Positions 29,632 to 38,535 of a stretch of DNA of 64,000 bases are shown here, piece after piece (position 1 is the first letter of the stretch; each line of letters begins with the position of its first letter). This DNA comes from Candidatus Nomurabacteria bacterium (GTDB lineage Bacteria > Patescibacteriota > Minisyncoccia > Phycocordibacterales > JACOZG01): contig JADLCI010000007.1 in the NCBI GenBank assembly GCA_020847275.1, positions 108,272 to 172,271 on the forward strand. The letters run 5' to 3'. Position numbers and translations under genes: made by a program. A model generated the notes under the pieces. It did not search any database and had not been told where the DNA came from. It was given only the letters and a program-made list of their open reading frames with translations.

Positions 29632-32394
29632 ATGACAAGTCGAGGCGACAAATTTGGACAGCTATATGACCAGCTCAACGAGGCCCAACAAGAGGCGGTG
29701 GACACGATTGAGGGGCCGGTCATGGTTGTGGCTGGGCCAGGTACAGGCAAGACCCAGGTGCTTACCCTCCGTATTGCCAACATTTTGCGGGAGACCGATA
29801 CACCGCCGGATGGAATTCTCGCCCTCACATTTACGCAATCTGGGGTTCATGCTATGCGAGAGCGTTTGGTGGAGATTGTGGGCGCCCGCGGGTATCGAGT
29901 GAACATCAACACTTTCCACGGCTTTTGTAATGAAGTTATCCAACGTTACCCAGAAGAGTTCCCACGTATTATCGGTTCGCGAAGTATTACGGACGTAGAG
30001 CAGATTAAGATCTTGGAAGGAATTATTCAGGATCCCAAGATTCGCTTGGAAGTTTTGAAACCCTACGGGGCACCGTTTTATTATTTGCCAGCTGCGCGGA
30101 GTGCGATTGAGAAATTGAAAAAGGATAACCTGAAGAAGTCAGATCATCCAGAATTGGATCTGATTTACCGTGAGTATGAGAAAGCTTTGCGGAAGGGCCA
30201 GTTATATGATTTCGCCGATATGATTATGGAGGTGATTGCCATCCTGCAGAAAAAGAAAATTTTTCTTCGGAAATTGCAAGAAGAATATTTGTATCTTCTG
30301 GCGGATGAGCATCAGGATGCTAATCGTTCGCAGAATGAATTGCTCGCCCTCCTGTCTAATTTTCATCAGAACCCCAATTTATTCATCGTGGGCGATGAGA
30401 AGCAGGCGATTTTCCAATTTCAGGGAGCCAGTCTAGACAACTTTAATTATTTTAAAAAATTATACCCGCAAGCGAAACTTATCTCCCTGACACACAGCTA
30501 TCGTTCGCACCAGATCATTTTAGATGCAGCGCACAGCTTGATTGATTCTGGTAAATTGTTGGCGGGAAGAAAGTTGGCGCCAGAGAAGATCAGAATTATC
30601 TCTTGCGTTAATAATTCAGCCGAGCAACAGTTTATCGCCCGAGAAATAAAGGCCAGATTAAAGGGGGGAATCTCTCCAGACGAGATTGCTGTTATCTATC
30701 GTGATAATGCTGATGCGGGCCCAATTGTGGAGGCGCTGGAGCGATCTCTTGTTCCCTTCGTCATTCACTCCCAATCGGATTTATTAGCGGACGCAACGGT
30801 GGGAAAGGTAATCCTTATTCTAGAGGCGGTTCATCACTTTGGCCGGAATGAGTATTTAACCCCGTTTCTTCACTTGGATTTTCTTAACCTAGACAGTTTG
30901 GCGGTTTACCAGACCAAAACTTATGACGATTTTAAAAAAGCGAAAGGTGAGCTGGGAAATATCTATCAGAAGTTAGAAAAATGGTATCGATTTGGTCACA
31001 ACCAGAATCTGACCGATTTGTTTGGCCTGATTCTTGAGGAGACGGGGTTGCTGGAATATCTCTTGCGCGAGCCACAGGCGGAGGAGAAATTGTCCAAGTT
31101 GCAGAGTTTCTACGAGGAACTGAAAGAATTATCAAGTAGTCATCCTCAGTTTCGGCTAGCCGACTTTATTGATTATCTAGAAACGCTACGCCGACATAAT
31201 TTAGGTTTACTACAAACAGTTCCATCTCAACGGAGTGGGGTGCGTTTACTAACCGCTCATCGGGCAAAGGGGTTGGAATTTGACGAGGTTTATATTATCG
31301 GGGCGGCGGACGGACATTTTGGTAATCGTCGGGCCAGGACGACTCTCGATCGAGAAAAAGAGAACGATGACAATAGTGAAAGGCGACTCTTCTACGTGGC
31401 GCTTACGCGGGCCAGGAAAAAGGTCACAATCACTTACGCGAAACAGGGTAGCGGCGGTAAACCAAAATTGCCAAGCCAGTTTGTGGAGGAGATTGATAAA
31501 GCTCTGGTGGAGAGAATAGATTTGGAGCCAGAGAAGATAAAACCAGAAGAAGTCCTGCGCCCAAAGCCGATTGCTAAATCATCTCTGGGAGAAAAAGCCT
31601 ATCTAAATAAAATATTTTTAGAGCGCGGATTGTCCGTGACGGATCTCAACAATTACCTCTCTTGCCCGTTGAAATATTTTTACCAGAATCTGTTGCGACT
31701 GACCCAAGTGCAAGAGAAGCATCAACTCTACGGTACGGCGGTGCATCAAACACTGAAGGAATTCTTCGACCAATATCGGGAAGGTAAGAAGTGGCCAGGG
31801 GTGAAATTGTTTACCAGATTTAAGTATCACCTTTCTCGCCAGGCATTCTCACCGAATGATCTGGAAGCTAGTTTGGAAAAAGGGGAGAAGGCGCTTGCTG
31901 GTTATCTTAAATTCTATAAATATCGTTGGCCGAATCGGATTCTTAATGAATTCAGTGTGCGAGGAATTTTTCTCAATGAAAAAATAAAATTGAATGGCAA
32001 AATAGACAAATTAGAGATTAGTGAAAGTGGTGAGACGCGCGTGGTGGATTACAAAACGGGCAAACCGAAAACTCGCAACCACATCATTGGTCTCACGAAA
32101 TCGGCTGGCAGTGGCGACTATTTTCGTCAACTGGTCTTCTATAAGATTCTTCTAGAAAACCTGGACCGCCAGAAATATCACGTTACCTCCGGTCTAGTGG
32201 ATTTCATCGAACCTGATGATAAAGAGAGATACAAACAGGAGGAGTTCGCGCTCAACGATTCAGATGTGGTGGGACTCTCGGAACAGATCAAACAAGTGGC
32301 GGAGGAGATTCTAAGTTTAGAATTCTTGGATAAGGGTTGTGGGAAAAAAGATTGCGAATGGTGTCGCCTAAGGCAACTGACGAAAGGGTCTTGA
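29632..32394 (+). CDS. UvrD/AdnAB-like SF1 helicase fused to C-terminal PD-(D/E)XK nuclease with Cys cluster
   Basis: AGPGTGKT, DEHQD, VGDEKQAIF, TAHRAKGLEF, ERRLFYVALTRAR; GKIDKL...VVDYKTG; YLSCP + CGKKDCEWC. Confidence 0.92.
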   Translation: MTSRGDKFGQLYDQLNEAQQEAVDTIEGPVMVVAGPGTGKTQVLTLRIANILRETDTPPDGILALTFTQSGVHAMRERLVEIVGARGYRVNINTFHGFCNEVIQRYPEEFPRIIGSRSITDVEQIKILEGIIQDPKIRLEVLKPYGAPFYYLPAARSAIEKLKKDNLKKSDHPELDLIYREYEKALRKGQLYDFADMIMEVIAILQKKKIFLRKLQEEYLYLLADEHQDANRSQNELLALLSNFHQNPNLFIVGDEKQAIFQFQGASLDNFNYFKKLYPQAKLISLTHSYRSHQIILDAAHSLIDSGKLLAGRKLAPEKIRIISCVNNSAEQQFIAREIKARLKGGISPDEIAVIYRDNADAGPIVEALERSLVPFVIHSQSDLLADATVGKVILILEAVHHFGRNEYLTPFLHLDFLNLDSLAVYQTKTYDDFKKAKGELGNIYQKLEKWYRFGHNQNLTDLFGLILEETGLLEYLLREPQAEEKLSKLQSFYEELKELSSSHPQFRLADFIDYLETLRRHNLGLLQTVPSQRSGVRLLTAHRAKGLEFDEVYIIGAADGHFGNRRARTTLDREKENDDNSERRLFYVALTRARKKVTITYAKQGSGGKPKLPSQFVEEIDKALVERIDLEPEKIKPEEVLRPKPIAKSSLGEKAYLNKIFLERGLSVTDLNNYLSCPLKYFYQNLLRLTQVQEKHQLYGTAVHQTLKEFFDQYREGKKWPGVKLFTRFKYHLSRQAFSPNDLEASLEKGEKALAGYLKFYKYRWPNRILNEFSVRGIFLNEKIKLNGKIDKLEISESGETRVVDYKTGKPKTRNHIIGLTKSAGSGDYFRQLVFYKILLENLDRQKYHVTSGLVDFIEPDDKERYKQEEFALNDSDVVGLSEQIKQVAEEILSLEFLDKGCGKKDCEWCRLRQLTKGS

Positions 32395-32419
32395 CAAACA
32401 GTTCTCACTATGCTAGATT
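32391..32419 (+). promoter_or_regulatory. Sigma70-type promoter
   Basis: TTGACA-17 nt-TAGATT with extended TG. Confidence 0.75.
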
Positions 32420-32453
32420 CTAGCCAGTAGTTCTTTTACACCTAACTTGCAAT

Positions 32454-32505
32454 GTGGTCATAGCCAAAAGGTGCTTATTTCTAGGCATTTTCTGGCTATG
32501 ACCAC
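32454..32505 (+). repeat. Long inverted repeat (leader hairpin)
   Basis: GTGGTCATAGCCA...TGGCTATGACCAC 13-bp perfect outer stem with further inner pairing. Confidence 0.85.
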
Positions 32506-32562
32506 TACGGTCCATGGTGCCTCCTCGGCGTAGAGGGAAATTAAATACGAAAGGATGACACT

Positions 32563-33165
32563 ATGGCAACAACATTGGTATCAGAAATGTCGCTCGAGGA
32601 GATGTGTAGACAGTTGCTTTCTGTGGCGGTTCGTGATGGCTTGGTGAGCACCAGAGACGGAGTGGTGCCGACAGATCTCTCGTGTGGTGACTTGGTCGGC
32701 ATGGCCAACTACCTTTCCGTGCTGTTCACCGCGAACCTCACTGTCCGCAAGGTCAAAGTGAACCGCAACCGCTCTCCGCAAGAGGCGATCGAAGCCACTG
32801 GCCGCACGCAATACACGGACCGCCAGGTCGTGAATGCGATGCCGAAAGGTGAAGGCGATGAAGCCGAGATCGTGTTCTTCAAACCTGACCTCTCGGAGCG
32901 CAACAGTTTCATCTCCGATGACGACCTAGAAAAAGAGTTCGAGCTGCGTGGCCTCAAGCCCGCTGACCCAGTCTCTGTCGCCGCCGTGAATGAAGCCGAC
33001 CCTGCCTTTGCTGACCAGGTGCCTCACGGCACTCACTGGAAAGATGACAAGGGCAACTGGTGTCACGTCACGTTCCACCTTTGGTTCGACGAGCGCGAGG
33101 TGTGCGTCGGCCGCGGATACGGCGGCTGGCACGATGATGCGTATTTCGCCGGTGTTCGCAAGTAG
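32563..33165 (+). CDS. Probable DGR target-type protein (C-terminal variable region, CLec-like)
   Basis: C-terminus WCHVTFHLWFDEREVCVGRGYGGWHDDAYFAGVRK rich in NNC/NNT codons; ends FAGVRK-stop; hairpin downstream. Confidence 0.65.
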   Translation: MATTLVSEMSLEEMCRQLLSVAVRDGLVSTRDGVVPTDLSCGDLVGMANYLSVLFTANLTVRKVKVNRNRSPQEAIEATGRTQYTDRQVVNAMPKGEGDEAEIVFFKPDLSERNSFISDDDLEKEFELRGLKPADPVSVAAVNEADPAFADQVPHGTHWKDDKGNWCHVTFHLWFDEREVCVGRGYGGWHDDAYFAGVRK

Positions 33166-33182
33166 TTTGCCGCCATTCCTTA

Positions 33183-33216
33183 GCTCTGTTCCGATTCGTC
33201 GGAGCGGGGCTTTTTT
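33183..33216 (+). terminator. Hairpin/terminator after putative DGR target
   Basis: GCTCTGTTCCGA-TTCG-TCGGAGCGGGGC-TTTTTT. Confidence 0.85.
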
Positions 33217-33226
33217 GTTCTAAAAA

Positions 33227-34402
33227 CTATCTCGTGTCTCTAAGACCAGAAGCGACGGGTAAGCCGATGATGAGGAATAAACCAAGGAAAGTGAAGAGAT
33301 AAGAAAGGGGAAGAAAAGAGAGGAAAATGCTCGCAATAATCGGCGCGAAGATGTAGGCAATTGGGTACATACTGCGGGAGATGAAGACAAGGTTAGCGTC
33401 GCGACCGTCGATAATCTTGAAGAGGTAAGTCTCTTTCATTGCTTCAACCGTCGCCGCACCGATGCGCGAGAAGAAGAGGACACTGGCCCAGATTACCACA
33501 CTGGCACTCGAAATCTGGGTGATAATCAGGCAAGCGATGATTATTATCGTCAGGCCGGCGAGAAGAAGTTCCCGCTCGCCCCACCAGAGATCGGCGATTC
33601 TGCCGAGCGGGAAATCTAGTAGCACGAAAGGGATGAGCATAATGGTGAAGATGACACCAATTTGGGTCCAAGCGAGACCAATGTGTTGGTGGAGATAGAT
33701 TGGCATGTAGATAACCATCATCGCAGAAAAGAAATTAAGTAGGAGATCTATTGTCATGATTCGTCGAAGATCGGGGTTATTTGATGCGAAAACTCGCCCT
33801 AGGCCACTAGCTAAGCTTAGATTCTCCCCACCTCTTTTTACCACCTCCTTCAGCTGGCGAACGGAAATGTAGATAAAGGGAAGTAGGGCGGTGGCGGCAA
33901 TGGTGTAGACCAAGGAGAAATCAGAACCAGACGTGAGACGACTGGCCAAAAAAGGGGAGATGAGCCAGGCTAGATTATTGACGGTCAGGAAAACACCACG
34001 AATCCGCCCAGTAATCTGATTGTCGGACAGCTCCTCCAGATAGATGTCTAGATTGATGGCGGTAAGGAAAGAGAGGACGATATAGGCCACGACCAACCAA
34101 ATACCGGAATAGTGGCCATTGCCGAGTGCCAGATTACCCAGAACAAGGAAATTGGTGACACCCAGAAAAATAATTGATCGACGATTACCGAAGCGACGAA
34201 ACAGGCGTAGCCCTTGCCATGAGGCGAGAAGTGAAATCGCGGCCGCGAACGAGTAGAGGAGTCCAACCCGTTGCTCGCCCACGAACTGGGAGATGAATGA
34301 GGAGTTGATGTAAGCTCCTATCGCCGTGGAGAAAGACAGGAAGAAACCAGCACCGTAGGCCAATAACCGTAATCGATGTTTCTCTGCTGGGGAATGGTTC
34401 AT
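33227..34402 (-). CDS. MFS transporter
   Basis: About 12 TM; RRFGNRR and GRIADLWWGERE loop motifs. Confidence 0.88.
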   Translation of the reverse strand: MNHSPAEKHRLRLLAYGAGFFLSFSTAIGAYINSSFISQFVGEQRVGLLYSFAAAISLLASWQGLRLFRRFGNRRSIIFLGVTNFLVLGNLALGNGHYSGIWLVVAYIVLSFLTAINLDIYLEELSDNQITGRIRGVFLTVNNLAWLISPFLASRLTSGSDFSLVYTIAATALLPFIYISVRQLKEVVKRGGENLSLASGLGRVFASNNPDLRRIMTIDLLLNFFSAMMVIYMPIYLHQHIGLAWTQIGVIFTIMLIPFVLLDFPLGRIADLWWGERELLLAGLTIIIIACLIITQISSASVVIWASVLFFSRIGAATVEAMKETYLFKIIDGRDANLVFISRSMYPIAYIFAPIIASIFLSFLPLSYLFTFLGLFLIIGLPVASGLRDTR

Positions 34403-34413
34403 TTTTTAATCTC

Positions 34414-36168
34414 TTAGACCTCGATCAACACGGGCAAGATAATTGGACGGTGGTGCGTTTTCTGGAAAAGGTAACGACCGACTTCTTCACGGATTACATT
34501 CTTAACATAATCAAAGTTTATCGGATGCATCGCCGCCGTGGATTCCTCGATTTTTTTCTTTGCGAGGGAGCGGGCATGATGGAGCAATTCTTGCGAATCT
34601 TTCAGATAAACGAAGCCGCGCGAGATAATATCTGGCGATTTACGGACACGGCCTGTCCGGGCATCCACGATGGCCACAATTACGAACATTCCTTCCTGCG
34701 ACAGCATTTGTCGATCACGGATGACGACTTCTTCGACATTATTTTGACCAAGGCCATCTACCATTACCACGCGGTTGGAGACACCTTCTTTTAGTATCTG
34801 GATTTTCTGTCCCTTGTCGGTAATCTCAATCACACTGCCATTATCAGGAACGATGATGTTTTTCTCCGGCATGCCAAGCTCTAGAGCCAAGTCTTCATGT
34901 TGGCGAAGCTTGTGGTGGGAACCGTGGATTGGTATGAAAAATTTCGGTTTGATTTTTTTGTGCAGCCATTCAATCTCGCCACGATTACCATGGCCGGAAG
35001 AGTGGATGTATACATCCGAGGTGCGGTAACTGATAATCTTGGCGCCTTGTCGGGCAATATTGTCTTTCAGTTTCTGTACGGCGATTTCGTTTCCGGGAAC
35101 AATAGAAGAGGAGAGTAAGACGGTGTCGCCCTTCTTGAAACGGAGATATTTGTGAGTTTTATTGGCCATGCGCATTAAGGCCGCGAATTCTTCTCCTTGA
35201 GCGCCTGTCGCAAGCACAACCACCTTATCTTCAGGGTACTTACTCGCATCTTGCATCGAGATGACGGTATCTTTCTTCAGTTTCCAGAGCCCGGCCAGTT
35301 GGGAGATTTCCATGTTGGTCTTCATACTTCTTCCCTCAATCACTAATTTTCGACCATATTTTTCTACAATCTCCACAATCTTAATCATTCGTTCTAGCTG
35401 GGAAGCGAAAGTACCGATGAAAAGACGCCCCTTGATACTTTTGATGATTTCCTCAAGGTTTTTATGAGTTTCGCGTTCGGGGACGGAGAAACCGGGATTT
35501 TCAATATTGGTGGAGTCGGCCAGGAGCAAAAGAGTTTTTTCTTTCTCAAAGATGCCGTAGCGCTTTTCTTCTTCGTTCGTTGGTTTACCATCGACTCCGT
35601 CCAGATCTAATTTGTAATCACCCGGATTAACGATTAGGCCGTAGGGTGTTTCTATGATTATCCCGAAAGAATCCGGAATAGTATGCGTGACACCGAAGAA
35701 CCGGACGGTAATCTCGCCCAACTTAATCTTGCTTTCGTTTTCCACTACCCGCATATCAAGCGGTGGAAGGTGGGGGAATTCATCCATTCGTTTTTTAATA
35801 AACAGGGAGGTCAAATTGCGGGTATAGAGCGGTGGATTACCGATTCGGCCCATTATGTAAGGAATCCCGCCGGTGTGATCGAGGTGTCCGTGGGTGATCA
35901 CTACCCCCCGAACTTTCTCTTTATTTTTTTCAAGATAGGTGACATCGGGGATAATGTAGTCAACCCCCGGCATTTCTTCGGTGGGGAAAGCGAAGCCGAT
36001 GTCGATCACGACGATGTCGTTTCCCATTTCGATGGCGGTCATGTTTTTCCCGATTTCTTCCACGCCGCCCAGTGGGATTATCCGAATATTTCCCTCAGCA
36101 AGTGGGGGTACAGTTTTCTCTGCTGATGTGGCTCGAGGCGCTCTCCTCATTCTTGGTGGTGGTTTCAT
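34414..36168 (-). CDS. rnj: Ribonuclease J
   Basis: IPLGGVEEIGKNM, THGHLDHTG, THTIPD, GAQGE, HSSGH, PIHG. Confidence 0.96.
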   Translation of the reverse strand: MKPPPRMRRAPRATSAEKTVPPLAEGNIRIIPLGGVEEIGKNMTAIEMGNDIVVIDIGFAFPTEEMPGVDYIIPDVTYLEKNKEKVRGVVITHGHLDHTGGIPYIMGRIGNPPLYTRNLTSLFIKKRMDEFPHLPPLDMRVVENESKIKLGEITVRFFGVTHTIPDSFGIIIETPYGLIVNPGDYKLDLDGVDGKPTNEEEKRYGIFEKEKTLLLLADSTNIENPGFSVPERETHKNLEEIIKSIKGRLFIGTFASQLERMIKIVEIVEKYGRKLVIEGRSMKTNMEISQLAGLWKLKKDTVISMQDASKYPEDKVVVLATGAQGEEFAALMRMANKTHKYLRFKKGDTVLLSSSIVPGNEIAVQKLKDNIARQGAKIISYRTSDVYIHSSGHGNRGEIEWLHKKIKPKFFIPIHGSHHKLRQHEDLALELGMPEKNIIVPDNGSVIEITDKGQKIQILKEGVSNRVVMVDGLGQNNVEEVVIRDRQMLSQEGMFVIVAIVDARTGRVRKSPDIISRGFVYLKDSQELLHHARSLAKKKIEESTAAMHPINFDYVKNVIREEVGRYLFQKTHHRPIILPVLIEV

Positions 36169-36198
36169 ATATTTAATTATTCAATTTATTTTAATTTT

Positions 36199-37896
36199 TT
36201 AAATCTGATTATTTTTATTCGCAAAAATTGGCCAAACCCTATCGGTTTTAATATGCCAGCGATAGATATTTAGAAATCTATCTGCCGCCGTATTAATTGT
36301 TGGAAAGGTTACGTTTTTTATCTCGGTCGGTAAAAGATAGAGAAATTCCGGGGCGTAGACGAAAATTGCTGGTGTGTCAGACGATACGGTGTCATTAAAT
36401 TTCTGGTAAAGGGAGGCGATTTTCTCCTGGTCACTTGACCGTCGTACCTCCTCCAGGATTTTATCTGTCGCGCTATTTGTGTACAATGCGATGTTTAATC
36501 CCGGGTCTAGCCTTTGTGAAGAATGCCAGAAGGCGAAGGTGTCCATATTGCGTCCCAGAATTTCTCCGAAAAAGAGGGCTTCATACTGTCGTGGACGGAT
36601 TACATTCTGATTCAAGTCGCCGATTTCAAAAATTTTCAAATCTACCGCCACCCCTAGTTGTTTCCAAGTGTCGCGAATAATTTCCGCCGCTTTCTTCAGC
36701 TCCGGGGTGTCAGAGGTCGTCAGTGTAAATGAGAGGGTGAGGGTTTCTTTCTTTGTTTTTTTCTCCCAAGTTGTGCTCGTCTCATTAAACTCCCAGCCGC
36801 CATTCTCTAGAATGGCACGAGCTTCGCTAATACTTGAGGTTGACATCGAAGAAGAAAAATTTGGCAGGGGCCCGGTAATTGGCTGACCGTAACCGGAAAG
36901 CGCGCCGTCAATAACCACACTACGATCAAGGGAGAGATTAAGTGCCTTGCGCACTTCGGGATTCGCCAGAACTGGAGCACGGCTTTGGTTCAAGAATACA
37001 CCAAAAACCCGGGGGAGAGGTGAGCGTAGCACGCGAGATCCCAGCGCCTCTAATGCCTTGGCGCTCTCGGCTGAAATGAGGCTCGCAGATGTAATTTTGC
37101 CTTGACGGTAGGCATTCATTAATTCCGTTTCGTTTGGGTAGAAAAACAAACGCAGGTTACTGATCTTTGCTTTCCCGAGCGCAAAATTTTCGAATGGTAC
37201 GAAATCGTAATACTCAGGAATTCCAAGAGCGTCCTTCTTAATATTTTTTACTTTGTAGGGGCCAGAACCAATACCCTCGATATTGAATTGGTTGAGGGCG
37301 AACACCTCTGGGTCTAGACGACCCCAGATGTGCTTAGGCAGAATTCCCATTGTGGCGTTATCCAGAAATGGTGGGTAGGGTTGTTTGAGGTGGAAGCGGA
37401 TTATCTTATCATCAACCCTCTCAATCCTTACTCCCTCCCATGAGGCACGCTTAACACTCTTTATAATTGGGTTTAGGGTGCTTGTGATTGTGAACTCAAC
37501 ATCCGCGGTGTTCAGTGGCGCACCATCGTGCCAGGTTAGGTTGTCTTTCAAGGTGAAAGTGTAGGTAAGTCCGTCTTCGGAAACTTCAACTTTTTCTGCC
37601 AGATCTGGTTCTGGCTTATTTTTCTCATTTACTCGCATCAATCCAGAATAGACAAGAGTGGAGAGGTCTCGATCAGCGTCCGAGATTGCCAGAAGTGGAT
37701 TGATAAAGCGCGGTGATCCAATGATGCCCTCACTGAGACTGCCACCGGGAGCAGCAACGGTAATAGAGAAAATCTGGTTGATTCCGCCCAAGAGCCAAAG
37801 CGTCCCGACAACACCGACGAGCGCAAGAGTGATAAAGAGTCGCCACTGGCGTCGCGAGAGCGAACGAAGGGCAAGGATAATCTTCTGACTAGACAC
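36199..37896 (-). CDS. ABC peptide/nickel-type substrate-binding protein (family 5)
   Basis: PRFINP, PDLAEK...YTFTLK...WHDG, IGSGPY, VRKALN. Confidence 0.9.
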   Translation of the reverse strand: MSSQKIILALRSLSRRQWRLFITLALVGVVGTLWLLGGINQIFSITVAAPGGSLSEGIIGSPRFINPLLAISDADRDLSTLVYSGLMRVNEKNKPEPDLAEKVEVSEDGLTYTFTLKDNLTWHDGAPLNTADVEFTITSTLNPIIKSVKRASWEGVRIERVDDKIIRFHLKQPYPPFLDNATMGILPKHIWGRLDPEVFALNQFNIEGIGSGPYKVKNIKKDALGIPEYYDFVPFENFALGKAKISNLRLFFYPNETELMNAYRQGKITSASLISAESAKALEALGSRVLRSPLPRVFGVFLNQSRAPVLANPEVRKALNLSLDRSVVIDGALSGYGQPITGPLPNFSSSMSTSSISEARAILENGGWEFNETSTTWEKKTKKETLTLSFTLTTSDTPELKKAAEIIRDTWKQLGVAVDLKIFEIGDLNQNVIRPRQYEALFFGEILGRNMDTFAFWHSSQRLDPGLNIALYTNSATDKILEEVRRSSDQEKIASLYQKFNDTVSSDTPAIFVYAPEFLYLLPTEIKNVTFPTINTAADRFLNIYRWHIKTDRVWPIFANKNNQI

Positions 37897-37904
37897 GGGT
37901 TTAT

Positions 37905-38135
37905 TTAGAGGAAAAGATTGAGAATGTTCGCAATAATAAATAGTCCCGCCAAGATAATCGTGCCCAGGAACAGGGTTTTTTCAAAACCGCGTTTAGCATG
38001 GAAGACGCCGCCAGAATTGCCGCCACCAAAAGCGCTTCCAAGACCCTCGCTGGATTGTTGCAGAAGGATTGCCACGACCAGAAGCACGGCCAGCGCAACC
38101 TGCAACCAGGGCAAGATATTAGCGAAGAATAACAT
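37905..38135 (-). CDS. secG: Preprotein translocase subunit SecG
   Basis: ILLQQSSEGLGSAFGG...KRGFEK; start ATG 38135 after TGcTATACT. Confidence 0.9.
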   Translation of the reverse strand: MLFFANILPWLQVALAVLLVVAILLQQSSEGLGSAFGGGNSGGVFHAKRGFEKTLFLGTIILAGLFIIANILNLFL

Positions 38136-38226
38136 TAGCAGTGAGTATAGCAGAAGATAAAAATAGAGCAAGTGATCCTTAATATTATCTTGACTCGGCT
38201 TTTTTCCCGAGTATAATGTCGGCACT

Positions 38227-38526
38227 ATGAGTAACAAAATAAAACCTTTGGGTGATAGAGTGCTAGTTGAGTTGATTGATGATTCAACTAAGAAGACAAA
38301 ATCGGGAATTATTACCCCAGACACCGTAAATAAAGAAAGGGGTGAACAGGGGAAGGTGGTGGCAGTGGGAGAGGGGCGCCGCACGGACGATGGCAAACTG
38401 ATTCCCGTTGCGGTAAAAAAGGGCCAGCAAATAATTTTTTCTAAATATGGCCCGGACGAGGTAAAGATTGACGGTAAAGAGTACTACATTATTAGCGAGT
38501 CCAACATTTTAGCGATAGTTGAGTAA
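38227..38526 (+). CDS. groES: Co-chaperonin GroES
   Basis: KPLGDRVLV, GKVVAVGEG, FSKYG, ESNILA. Confidence 0.97.
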   Translation: MSNKIKPLGDRVLVELIDDSTKKTKSGIITPDTVNKERGEQGKVVAVGEGRRTDDGKLIPVAVKKGQQIIFSKYGPDEVKIDGKEYYIISESNILAIVE

Positions 38527-38535
38527 ATAACAATT

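Noticed and set aside
32755-32775. GTGAACCGCAACCGC as a DGR template repeat
   Set aside because: Short, in-frame coding (VNRNR) and does not align along the putative variable region
38136-38396. 163-aa version of secG
   Set aside because: Extension overlaps groES antisense; SecG motif and promoter support start 38135
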